A DNA stretch of 54,616 nt, counting the filler, from Sphacelaria rigidula (taxonomy: Eukaryota), in the NCBI GenBank assembly GCA_964200075.2. It is 4 parts of 4 records of this genome, joined end to end, with 100 filler letters (N's around TTAATTAATTAA, not from the genome) between each part and the next. Parts side by side here need not be neighbours in the genome. Positions count along the whole stretch, not along the records: positions 27,361 to 40,938 come from CAXNAA020002790.1; positions 41,039 to 54,616 come from CAXNAA020002791.1; 2 more parts are not named here. One strand, written 5' to 3'. Below are positions 36,408-47,483 of the stretch, one piece after another. The position numbers were made by a program, and so were the translations under genes. Position 1 is the stretch's first letter, and every line of letters begins with the position of its first letter. Under the pieces are notes generated by a model. That model worked only from the letters and a program-made list of their open reading frames with translations. It did no database searches and was not told the DNA's origin.

Positions 36408-38896
36408 CTTTTATTTCGATTGTGCAGGCCCTGTGTGCAAAGACATTCATACATCCACCGCCGAGACGCGAATCAATTGCATTCATGCCCAGACAGTTAT
36501 GTATAGATCATCAGTCGATCATGACGTGTTATTTCATCCGGTGGATCTTCCAAGTCATGGTAGTCATTATACCTCAAATTCAGGCACATAAATGAATCAA
36601 GTGGGAACTTTGATTGCCCAGAACTGCCATCAGGACATGAAATATCCCACAAATCATTACACCTTACTTCCTGCGGGCAGAATCTGTTCTTACACACACA
36701 CACATACACACACCTCCCGAGCACACAGTCTGGCATGGCACTACTTGAGCAGCTCACCACTGCTGCCCCGACATAATTGCAGACCTTGCAGGCCTCTCAC
36801 ATAAATCCAGGTAGGTCTTTCCAGGTACGCACACACATACATGCACATATACACTCGTACATCCGTGGGTGCTGTCTGTAGTGCAGTTCGCTGTTCGGCA
36901 TATTCATTCGTTCTCACCAGCTATTGCCCGTGATCTAGCGGAACGGAACTACACTGATTCGATTGATTTGGTTGTTGTCGCCTATTAATATCAACTGATC
37001 CCCGAGGGACCAGAGCATCAACCATGGCCACAAGCCACAAGATAGACGTGCCCAAGAAAACACTGTCCTTCTCTCCCAATAATATGGAGGCATTTCACAA
37101 GAGTCATCGTTCGTAACACGCGGCGTCCATTGAAGACGGTCATGCTCGAAGGCGCGAAAGATGCCGAGACTGGAGGGGCAGACGTCCTTGGATGAGACAG
37201 GTCCCCATCATCACGGGAAGGTGGTGCTACAGACCATCGCGCAGGCTGAGGCGCCCGGATGGAAAAGAATGCACATCACCGCGGAGGGAGACAATACTCG
37301 AATAGACCAAAGGTATCGCGGCCCAGTAATACACGAAGTTGACACTGTGCGCTCCTAGCCGGCAGTACAAAAAGTACTGCGGTACTGACTGTACGATGCG
37401 AACCACGCCTCGGAAGGGCTGGAGTACCCGCCATCCATCCGTGGAAATTGTAACTTGCACTCTTCTCTACTCTCTAACCAAGTGAAACGGTAAAAAAAAA
37501 ACATCAAAAGGGCAGAAGTTCAAGATATTTACGTGGAAGCGTTCATGCTCAAAATTTCCGGTTGACTGATGAAATAATACTACAGCAACCGCCTCTCTCC
37601 TCGTCAGACCGCCGTGGTATTAAGCCAGCTAAGATTGGCACTGTCTGGAACGAGACGCCATCCCCTGCTCGAACAGGTTCACATTAGTCCTCGGCAAAAG
37701 ACACTCTTCTCTTCCGCTGGGCTGTACGGCCACGCCTTGCGCGACACGGTATATAAAGTCCTAAGTCCAAGGGCATCTACCAATGACGAGCCGGTGCTAT
37801 TGCCAGCGTCGACCGATAGGCGGCCAACCTACATGACAACGCTGGCAACATCTGCTGCTGCCTCCGCGCGGATTTCATATCGTTCCCTTGCACAATTGTC
37901 ATGAAATATGTGATAAATGTTCCAAAAATCTTCCGCATCGTGTATAATCACGGTCATAATCATAACATCCCTTCAAGCCACGCAGCACACGAAAAGCCTT
38001 GAGTTGCCGAAACTGCCGCATCAACACCTACCTGCGGCTTCAAGCCGCACATGTGTGGGACTTTAGCATCACCAAATGCCAAGTATCGAGTGTTTGGGCG
38101 ATCTCCCAAAATGTCGCCTCCAAAGTGTTTAAGAGGGATAACAATGGTGAACAGAACAGAACCGATCCGCTCCTTAAAAAAAAAATGGATGAAGGAAAAG
38201 ATTGAACAAATGGAGTACACTGAAAAATAGCAAAACCAAGCGACGAAAGGAAAGGAAGGGAAACCGATAAGACACATTCGACGCAGCGAAATAGGCGTGG
38301 GTAGCAACAGAAAGGCAGCCGCCTGGTGGCGACATTCATAGTGGTGATAATCTCGGGTCATCCGCAAAAAAGACGATCTCTCTGTTCATGAAGTTATGTC
38401 CTGGGCTGTAACTTTTGTCACCTTACAAAGCAAGACGCCAAACAAGTTGGAACTCGGTAAGTATGCATTGGACTCGTGTGGTGCCTGTTTCGCCTGTGTC
38501 GGACAAGATCAGAGCTACGACAGCTACAAGTGCTGACGACAAAAACCGAGCGAGAACCACGAACACCGGCTGACATGTACCAAATTGCTCAATGAAGAGC
38601 CTCTTCAAGGCCAAAACTCTCCAACACCTCATCCATTTTCTCTGAAATCTAGCTCGTACCGGGTGCAGCCCTTGAACAAGTGGAGGCAGACGACCGGTTC
38701 TTGCGGCGCGCATGGTGTGGTGCATGTGGGTCAATTTATGTTTCTTCGTTGTCATCCTCAACCCAAGCGAAAACGCGTGTCGGAGGCCTCGGCTACTGCG
38801 CGGCTCATTGTGGTGTGCACTTTTCGACAATTCAAACACTGCCTTGAGAGAGATCTGCCGGGCATAGTTTTTAGCTTCCAAGTCAAGTGGCATTTA

Positions 38897-39082
38897 GGGC
38901 CTGTCTTAGAACATCAGTTTTCGATCAAAAGAGTGCGGTGGAAAACAAAAATTCTGATCTGATAGGTCATGATTTCAACCATCTTCAAAATTAACGATGG
39001 TTGAAATCACGACCTATCAGATCGGGATTTTTGTTTTCCACCGCACAATTTCGATCGAAAACTCATGTGCGAAGACAGGGCC
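38897..39082. mobile_element. Tourist-like hairpin MITE
   Basis: 186-bp near-perfect palindrome (about 87-bp arms, 12-nt loop); TTA|GGGCCTGTCTT...AAGACAGGGCC|TTA. Confidence 0.85.
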
Positions 39083-39339
39083 TTACTCATTATAGCTGAA
39101 CAAATATAGTAATCGGATCAAATTATAGCACAACTCGCTGAGTCACCAACTGGTGGAAGGTACTGCAACAGAATAACGACAGGACATGCTGGGAAGCGAC
39201 ACGGCGCCGTGCCGTAACACCACGCGCGAGCTCAGCGTCAACGTTGAGTTCTGTGGCTTGCCCAACTTACGCAAGCAGGAAACAATGTAGAGTACAGTAA
39301 TGAACGATAGATGTAAAGCGCAGTAACGAGCGTGAAAAG

Positions 39340-39369
39340 TAGTGTAGTGTAGTGTAGTGTAGTGTAGTG
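39340..39369. repeat. (TAGTG)n pentamer microsatellite
   Basis: About 6 units. Confidence 0.9.
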
Positions 39370-39801
39370 CATCCACTTCCCGGGATGGGACAGGGAGCGG
39401 TGTCCACTAGGGAGAACACGCACGACTTTCCCCATGAACCATTCGCACAAAGTGTCAACTAATTCAAGGGCCGTTCAGAAACGAATCACGGCCGCACGTC
39501 GTGAAGAAATTGAACGGCTCACGCGGTCGCGATTTTTGAGGTGATCGTACAGTACCCGTGCCAAGCTCGCATTTTTTTCAACAAGAGATCGATACCTCCG
39601 GCGTCCAGCGTCTGTCTATACTTATATCAACATTGACACCACTGAAGGTCAACACAACAGTTACGACACCCACGACTAACGTTCGCTTGCCAAGGTCGAC
39701 CCTCGATTGAACGAAAATGTGAACACTGGATGCTAGACGACATTCGACGGTAGGCAAGACAGGAAAATACAATTCGTTCCCACGTGAGTATTGCTACATA
39801 C

Positions 39802-39948
39802 CTTTTTCCTATCAGAACGAGCCTTGTGCTCAAAGATGCTGGTGATCTGCGTCACTGTGTTGCTGGGTTTTCCCATGTCAAGGGGCCGCGGTGTGGCCTG
39901 CCCTCTTTCCTTCGCCGCAGGGTCGAACCGGTTGCGCAGCTCGCTCAC
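39802..39948 (-). CDS. Probable upstream exon of the EF-hand gene
   Basis: tag|GTG...AAG|gtatgt, 147 nt, open: VSELRNRFDPAAKERGQATPRPLDMGKPSNTVTQITSIFEHKARSDRKK. TVTQITSIFEHKAR resembles IVQQLTASIESKAK in exon 36293-36407. Connecting exons were not resolved. Confidence 0.5.
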
Positions 39949-40189
39949 CTATTTTGTCAGCGAACCAAACAAAAAAAAAACAATTACATGGAACCGAGGA
40001 GAAACACTAGCGGGACCAACCGGACGGAACTTGATATAGTTCGGCGCTATCGCAGCTCAACGCCAACACAGATACCGTAAACGCCAGCACTACAGAGTGC
40101 CGAAACCATAGTTTCTCCAGTTGATACACGATACACGTAGACTGGACTACCTTCTCCTTGTCCTTACCCACCTTTATGGAACTGGTGTT

Positions 40190-40352
40190 ATCCACCATAT
40201 TTTCTTCCCTTCGCAGTTTCAACCCTCCAATTCCTCGGGACGACTCCGTGGTCTCAAGTGATCAACCAACCCATCTTTCCCCGGCACAAGCCTTCCACTT
40301 TGGTCTCGCGGATCGGATCATGACTATCAGCACTCCCGCACCGCATCAACTC
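40190..40352 (-). mobile_element. SINE-like body, 5'-truncated copy
   Basis: Reverse complement resembles 53978-54130 (GAGTTGA.GCGGTG.GGGAGTGCTGAT...CGCGAGACCAAA...AGATGGGTTG...CCCGAGGAA). Confidence 0.7.
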
Positions 40353-40406
40353 TCGCCATACTTCCTCTGTCCCATAAGTAAAGGGACCTAAATTTGTACG
40401 GGCCCT

Positions 40407-40857
40407 TAACGATGCCCGATTTTTTTTTTTTGTAATGAAGTCTACGGCGTTTTTTGGGTTAAGAAAATGTGTTTATAATATGCAGCTCGTGCTTGAACCA
40501 TGCCTCCGAACGGCTGCAAAAAAAGTAGTCGGCCCCAAAATGGCCGTTTTTTTGCCCCTTTCCGAGGGGAAAAAAGATGTCGACATTTTTTTAATATAAT
40601 TTTTTCTAATCGCCCCCGCCTTCACTGGGGCTTGCTGCCAGGAAATCCCACGCGATTACAAAAAATTCAAGGAAAAAAAATCGACACTTTTGTTCCTCTC
40701 GGAAAGGGGCAAAAAAACGGCCATTTTTGCGCCGACTACTTTTTTTGCAGCCGTTCGGCGGCATGGTTCAAGCACGAGCTGCAAATTTTATACATATTTT
40801 CTTAACCCAAAAAACACCATAGAGTTCATTACAAAAAAAAAAAATGGACATCGTTAA
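40407..40857. mobile_element. Foldback MITE with about 185-bp inverted arms
   Basis: TTAACGATG...CATCGTTAA; arms include GCAGCTCGTGCTTGAACCATGCC and GGCATGGTTCAAGCACGAGCTGC. Confidence 0.85.
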
Positions 40858-40938
40858 CCCTTAGACCGCGAGGTTAGTCTTCTGTTGAATCGGCATCAAT
40901 TTGGAGTGAAATAAAGTATGCATGATCCAGATAAGACT

Positions 40939-41038
40939 NNNNNNNNNNNNNNNNNNNNNNNNNNNNNNNNNNNNNNNNNNNNTTAATTAATTAANNNNNN
41001 NNNNNNNNNNNNNNNNNNNNNNNNNNNNNNNNNNNNNN
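40939..41038. other. Artificial assembly linker
   Basis: Same 100-bp N/TTAATTAATTAA/N spacer. Confidence 0.97.
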
Positions 41039-41591
41039 TGAGCACGGTTTGCTTATTTTGCCAAAACTATCGACGCTAGCACTTTCGAGTGCTCATGGAA
41101 AATGTTATGCGAAACCCCCCCGAAAATAGGCCATCCGCAGAAAATGCTAGACTGAGGTCTGTGCAGTATAGGAGGGAAACACGATCTCGATCATTGTTGT
41201 GAAGAATGTTATACGTATTCATTCATCTGAATATTTACCGTTTCGTCGCTGAAGAGCGGGAAAACTGCTTATATTGGACCAAAAACGGTCAATAACACCC
41301 TCCTGAGAAACGGGGCATCAAGTCCGTATCACCCCAAAAACACCAACTTGAGCACTGCAGTTTGAGCGCGGCCTACGCTTTCTCCATAAATCTACCGGCG
41401 CTAGCACCTTCAAGTAGTAGTGAAGAATAGTACTCCAGAAAAGCTCAAAAATTACAATAACTACCAATTCTGAAAACTTCTGATGCTGACTGCTATAGTC
41501 TAACTACGTTGAAGATGTAGGTCGAGGTTTCCGAAGGGCGAGAAAGTCGGCTTCGACTTTCAATCCATGATCCACGGACACGACCAAAATG

Positions 41592-44500
41592 TCAACATGC
41601 GGCCAATATGAGCGCCAGCATTTCTTCCGAAGACTTCACCCCCTCTTCCTTGGCAACGCGAAATCGACCGGGGTCATCCTTTGAAGCGGCCTCCACAGAT
41701 TCCGACGAAAACGTCGTGATAAACGCGCCTCTCCCCACGCTCTTAGCCTGCCAAGAAAATACACAACATCAAACACGGGCGAGAGAGTTTCCAGAGGGTC
41801 AGGGTGCGAGTACGTGACCCACTGGAGACGCCAAACCGAGGGCGATTCGCGAAAGTATTCTTAGGGTTGAATACTAGTGATTTCTCTGACTCAGAACCAA
41901 GCTCATAATTAACCACCAAAGGAAACGACAAAACGCGACTGTGACTGGATGGCTGAGTTTCACACGGTGGAGGTGATGGAGAACATTCATCGAACGAAGC
42001 AACTGCGTGTAAGTGCATAGTGCTTTCGCTGCCTTGAGTTTGAGCGCACGTGCCTGTCTAGGTATCAAAGGGGCGCACAAGAAGGAGGATGAGGGGTTGA
42101 TATCACCTGCGATATACCGTGCGTAAGTCAGCGGTAGAAGAGCATTAGTTGAGGCCTTCGGGAGCGGATATAAAAACCCTCTGGCGTACAGTTGTCATGC
42201 ACCAAGTGATGAGCTCTCGCCTCCCCATTCGCAAGCACGCGTATTTGAGGTACACACACTGTGAAGGCCCTGCACTGGCATGTGACGGCAAGAGCTGTTG
42301 AACCACGTGAGAGCACGCGCACCGATGTCAACGAATCGGCCAGAACAATTCCGCCGAGTTAGCTCGCAAAGACGTACGCGTCGCACATACCGAAATATCG
42401 GTATTTCATTCCATCCGCGAATCAAATATGTACATGCGTTTAGGTTCCATGCCTAGATGGATGTTTGACGTCAAAGTGTGCAAGACTGTCCCGACTTAAA
42501 TATCCGAATGTGCCAGATCCAAAGGAAGACGCAGAGACCGCCTCCCTTTCCCTCTCCCGAGCGAAACGATCACGGTACGCGAGACCCACTCACCAAAGCG
42601 ATGTCATTGTCATCGTCACCCATGGAAGCACACCTATCCAGAGAAATCTCAAAATGCTCCGCCGCCAAATAGGCCGCCGCATTGTGTTTCCCGCTCGCGT
42701 CCGGGCAGATGTCCACCAGGCCAAAGTTTGTCACCACCCTCAACCCCTTCGGTAAATTAGCCAACATGTCCTTCACGGCTTCAGTGCCCCCTGGTTTGCC
42801 TGTGCATTTTTCGTGAGAAAAAACGTCCATTGGAGAACATGGGTGTGCTATGGTAGGGTGTGTGGGACCTTCTACAAGCTCTAAATGCCTGAGACTCGGA
42901 ACGGCTGTTCGGCGTGTGTGTCCAACCATTGTGGCCGCTGCGTCCCGTTGAGGTAAACCGGTACATGTCGGGGTGGTCATGGCGGAACATTGAGGATTCG
43001 ACTCATTTTCGAGAGTGATTTCGTGATAGCCCCCTCCCCTAACCAGCCCCAAAACTGTCACGTACTGAACGGCCATAGAGCGCATGATGGCTGGTTTTAG
43101 GCTGCATGAAGTGCCCCACATGGGCGGCATTTGGCGAAAACGACCCCAAGCGTGGGAATTCCCAGCTGCTCGGTGCGCTCAAGTGTCACCATCTTGATTA
43201 GCATGCAGATTTTGCCTCCTCAGACCAAGCTACTTTTCTCGGGGGGGCTATCGCGGCATCACTCTAGATGCCTTTTTTTTCCCTGAGGAAAAATATCTGA
43301 CTTTCGTTTTTGAAAAGCGCAAGGACGTGAGGGGCAAAGATAGTTTGACGACAATCGACGTCATGCGGGAGTGCTTATCTATTCTGCGAAATCACAATGT
43401 AGGGCAGGCAGGTAGCGAACGAGAGATGGGTTGATCTCTCAAGACTACAGACGCGTCCCGAGGAAGGGCAGGGATTTAGAATATGGCGACCAGAAAGTAG
43501 ATATTTACTGCCAAGGGGAAGATCGAAACCACCGATGCGTGCCGTGCCCAGCTTTTGGCGGAGCAAATTGGTCTTCCATCCGCGGGTTGACGTAGAGGCG
43601 CAAAGATGACGCTCACGTACGCAACAGCAGAGTTTTACCGCCCGTGCGAAACGTAGGCTGAGCGGACGAAAACTCCGGCACACCGCTCCGTTCAGGTGAC
43701 ATGAGGAATTCAACGTCAACTAACCGTCTGCCTATGGCATGCATTACAATGAGTGACACTTTTTACGATAGACCCCCCCCCAAAACCAGCCCGAAAGTGT
43801 CACAAACAAAATGGCCATACAGCGCCTGATGCTTGGGTTCAGGCCGCATGAAGCGCCTCATATTGGCAATATTGGCTAAAACGAACCCAAGCGTGGGAAT
43901 TCCCAGCCGTTCGTTGTGCTCGGCGTTTCCCATTTCGATTTATGTGAAGATCTTGCCTTCCAAAACCATGCACTTTGGGGGGGGAGGCTATCGTAGAAAG
44001 TGTCGAGTAACTCTCTCTGCTTCCCCCGCATCAGCACTGCCTCTGCGAGTCCTCCGCGAAGGACACACGGACAGAAGTAATCTCGCTCACAGGGGGCATA
44101 ACGCAACACAAGAAGAGTACTTGCTATCCCACGCGGTCCACGCGCCCCTCCCCACGGCTCACCAGATTCCCCAACCTTGATCCGTATCATGGTGTAGTAC
44201 GTGTTGGTATCCACCTTGTTCGATATACCAGCACCAGGAATGTAAACGGCACGCACAAAACATGAATGAGTTGGAGTACGCCAAGCCCAAATTAGAATGC
44301 ACCGCATAAGAGAGATTCAACAAGATATTACCCGTTTTTTAGCCCCTTATGTGGATGCTGCCACATGAAGGGAAAGATAATCTCACCAAGTGTCTGTTGA
44401 GGTCTCATCACCTTCTCACATACAGTGTACATGCATAGCGTGTACAAAGGGTGTTTCTATAATAGCAAACAGGTTGATATTCTGCGACGAGTTCATCCAC

Positions 44501-46468
44501 TCTTGGCAATGCATCCATTTCAACCGACACACCTCGAAGCCTTCCGATATCGCCTTGCGGTACATGTCCCAAAGGGGGCCTACGCGCTCCGCTGGCTGTA
44601 TGGCGTCCTGAGACGCCGGGCCGGTTACGCTTTCCAACTTTGCCCTCCATTCCAGGTCTTCCTTCAGGCCGTCAGGCGCGTGTGCTGTCAGAGAAGGATC
44701 CCCAACGACGGACGAGACTGCTGCAGCATGGGCCATAGGCTGTTCTTTCTTCTCTCCATCCGTGTCATCATCTACTTTCTCCTTTTGTTTATTCGCAGTC
44801 ACGTGTACGGGCGAATGATGGGGAGAGAATTGGGGAAGAGATGGTCTGATACTTCGCTTCACTTCAACCAAGAGTCTTCGCAAAACCCTGGCGGGATTGC
44901 CATGGTAGGGCGGCGGAAATCACTTCTCTTCTGAGGGATGCCACGGTTTTTACCTCTGATGTGGTCATGCCTCACTCGTCAAAAGCTTTTTTATTACTTG
45001 AAAGCTCTCGTCATGGACTTTGCAACGCAGACCTTTTGATGCACTGCGTTTTGAGTAGGCACCAAAACACGTGAGAAAAAACTGTGCCTCGGAACAAAAA
45101 AGGTGAGGTTTTTCGCCATTTTGGACACCAACAACCAAGTAGCAGATGCAAGGGGTATCGACGACAAGCCTCAGAGACGAGCTTTCGAGCAACCCTTCGT
45201 GCGGCAAATCGTCGCCCTACACGGAGTGTCGGTACTGCACAGTCTGTACATTTCAGAATTTTACCGAATACATGTGATTACTGCTGAAGAGCCGGTACAA
45301 CGCGCTCAACACGCATGTGGGGCGATGGAATCTTGTCAGACTCAACGTGTAGCGTATGCTCTCCATGTGTATTGGGCCAAGTAAACGCATGGCAGACTCT
45401 ACGCCGTAAAATAAAAAGTTCGACACACCTCGGTAAAACCTCCTTGAAATGAAGAAGAACGACTTTGCGAATCTTGCAGCGCTGACTAATTTGGGGATGG
45501 GGACGACGCCGATCATTATTTTTTTGCCGTTTTTGCGCAAACGGCGAGAAGATACAGGATTACACATTTTTTCGAAAGTGATTCCCGCCACTGTAGCACC
45601 AATACGCCATCGTGTGCGCCTCCGAGAGGCTTCGAACAGTCTAACGTATACAGCTTCTGAGTGACAAAGAAACAATATACGCCCACGGGATGCACGAGCC
45701 CACATGCACGGGTGGTAAACACCCTCAGAGGTGAAAGGTATGTCCATGAGAGGAACGAGTTCACACACGTCACGGCACTGCATGGTAGAGCGCTCACCGG
45801 CGTAGCGGTTACCACCTGGTCCACAACTACAGGTCACCTTTCTAGCATAGCAGTCACCGCCACTACCACCCCCGCTCTCCCCCTGCTCCGCCCCGCTTAC
45901 CTCCTTGCCCCTCTGCTTCCCTTCCTCTGGGTAAAACACCCGACCACCATTTTCGATCACGTAGGCGTCAGCACGCGGAAGAAAAGGTAACCGCGTGGCG
46001 AACGTCGAGTAACGGGTTCCCGATACCAACACTAGCTTCGTGCCTTTGGCGCGGATTTGCGAGGCAAGGCGGAGGGTTTTTAGAGATATGCGTGCCACCC
46101 TGCCTGTAGCAGAGGCGGGAAGGGTAATGACGTCTGGGGGTCCCATGGAAGCGTCGCCTTCGTAGTAATGCACTAGGGTCCCTGTGCACAGGTGAGGGCG
46201 TGAGGCGGAAGAGAATGCGTAGGATTTTTTTTCGGGGTCTGTCAAGTCACACGTTACGGACGAGCGTATCTGGGGAGTATTTTCGGGCGAATGGGCACGT
46301 AAAACGATACTCATGACACGTTGGAGACGAGAGACTCAAGTCATTGGGTTAGTTACCCTCTGATAAACCAAGAATCGCGAGTGAAATCGGCGCGTATGGC
46401 GACTTGCCTACTTGGACTCACCATCGATATCGGAGAATAGACACTTGATGCTCTCTGTAGAATCAGCG
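41592..46468 (-). CDS. HAD-superfamily hydrolase, subclass IIB (Cof/sucrose-phosphatase-like); start exon unresolved
   Basis: Exons 46422-46468 (ADSTESIKCLFSDIDG), 45901-46181 (TLVHY...LVLVSGTR...DAYVIENGGRVF), 44533-44781, 44163-44214, 42594-42799 (VDICPDASGKHNAA...CASMGDDDNDIAL), 41592-41747 (AKSVGRG...ILAAC*). HAD motifs I (FSDIDGTL, split by an intron), II (VSG), III (K) and IV (GDDDND) are all present. Confidence 0.88.
43024..43253 (+). mobile_element. MITE, CGATAGCCCCCC family, in HAD intron
   Basis: GATAGCCCCC...GGGGGGGCTATCG ends; interior similar to the other copies. Confidence 0.75.
43412..43490 (+). mobile_element. SINE-like body fragment
   Basis: GAGAGATGGGTTGATC...TCCCGAGGAAGGG matches 54043-54090. 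Confidence 0.55.
43751..44003 (+). mobile_element. MITE, CGATAGCCCCCC family, in HAD intron
   Basis: Inverted ends GACACTTTTTACGATAG...CTATCGTAGAAAGTGTC. Confidence 0.8.
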
Positions 46469-47483
46469 CTGTAGAAAATCGTTCAACCCCGGATCGGCAG
46501 ATGTATGCAACAGGAAAATCTTTGTGAGTAAAGTTTCGGTAGCACTCATGATTCGAGACATGCGATGTCAAAAGACCTCCAGCACCGGACAGAGCCGCTG
46601 TGAGGCATATAACGTAGTATCGCAACAAACAGCCCTGCGGCACTTGGGCTTTTCCGCGCTGCCAACAAGAAATGCGGAGAAATTTCCCTATTAGGATGTG
46701 TCGCTCACTAAGGTTACGTCTTTTGAAGGCAAAATCCTCACACAAACAAAGATGCTCATCCAGTGACGACAGGGTACAACACCCCCCTCTGGTGACCAAT
46801 TTCTCAAGCCCGGTTTTCTCCCGAAGCGCAAGGTCTATTCCGCCGGATTTCGGTGCGTTGAAAAAAAGTTATTAGCATCTCACAATAAACTGGATTTTCC
46901 GTGAGTACGAGGTTTACTTTCGAAGAAGTTCGAGGTTGCAAAAGCTGAGCTTGTCCCAGAGGAGGGGGTGTTATTCCACGTCATTAGTGCTGTCGGTAGT
47001 CGGAACGCTGAATTATCGTAAATTAATTTCTTTGGGCTGATTCCTATGCCGCGGTTCATATCATGCAAGAAACCCGCACCGCAGCGATCTTTCGCTGTTC
47101 GTTTGAAACTTGCTGCTACCTACCCCACTAGGCAGCAAACAGCGGAGTGGTAACATTGAAGCATGATGCGTGAGCATGAGGGACTCGCGATCCCGCCAAC
47201 AGCTGCACATGTACGAAAACACACACATATATAAATTGATTTCTGAACTGGACACACCTACCTCATTTTCTCCAGTGCCGTAGCTCCACACACCAGTAAT
47301 AGAAGTCGAAGAACGAACCCCACCCCTAGCATGCGGCAATATATATTGGTCCTACCTCACGTCGGATCAGAAACATCACTGCGAACGACCATCTTACCGC
47401 AGCATGTGATCCCTAATCGCGTAATATAGGTTATTTTCCACCGTCCGCAACAATCGCATGGCGGAATCTCAACTGCGATCGCC

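Noticed and set aside
45253..46314. 353-aa single-exon ORF
   Set aside because: Only 45901-46181 is HAD-like and bounded by splice sites; the rest is intron read-through.
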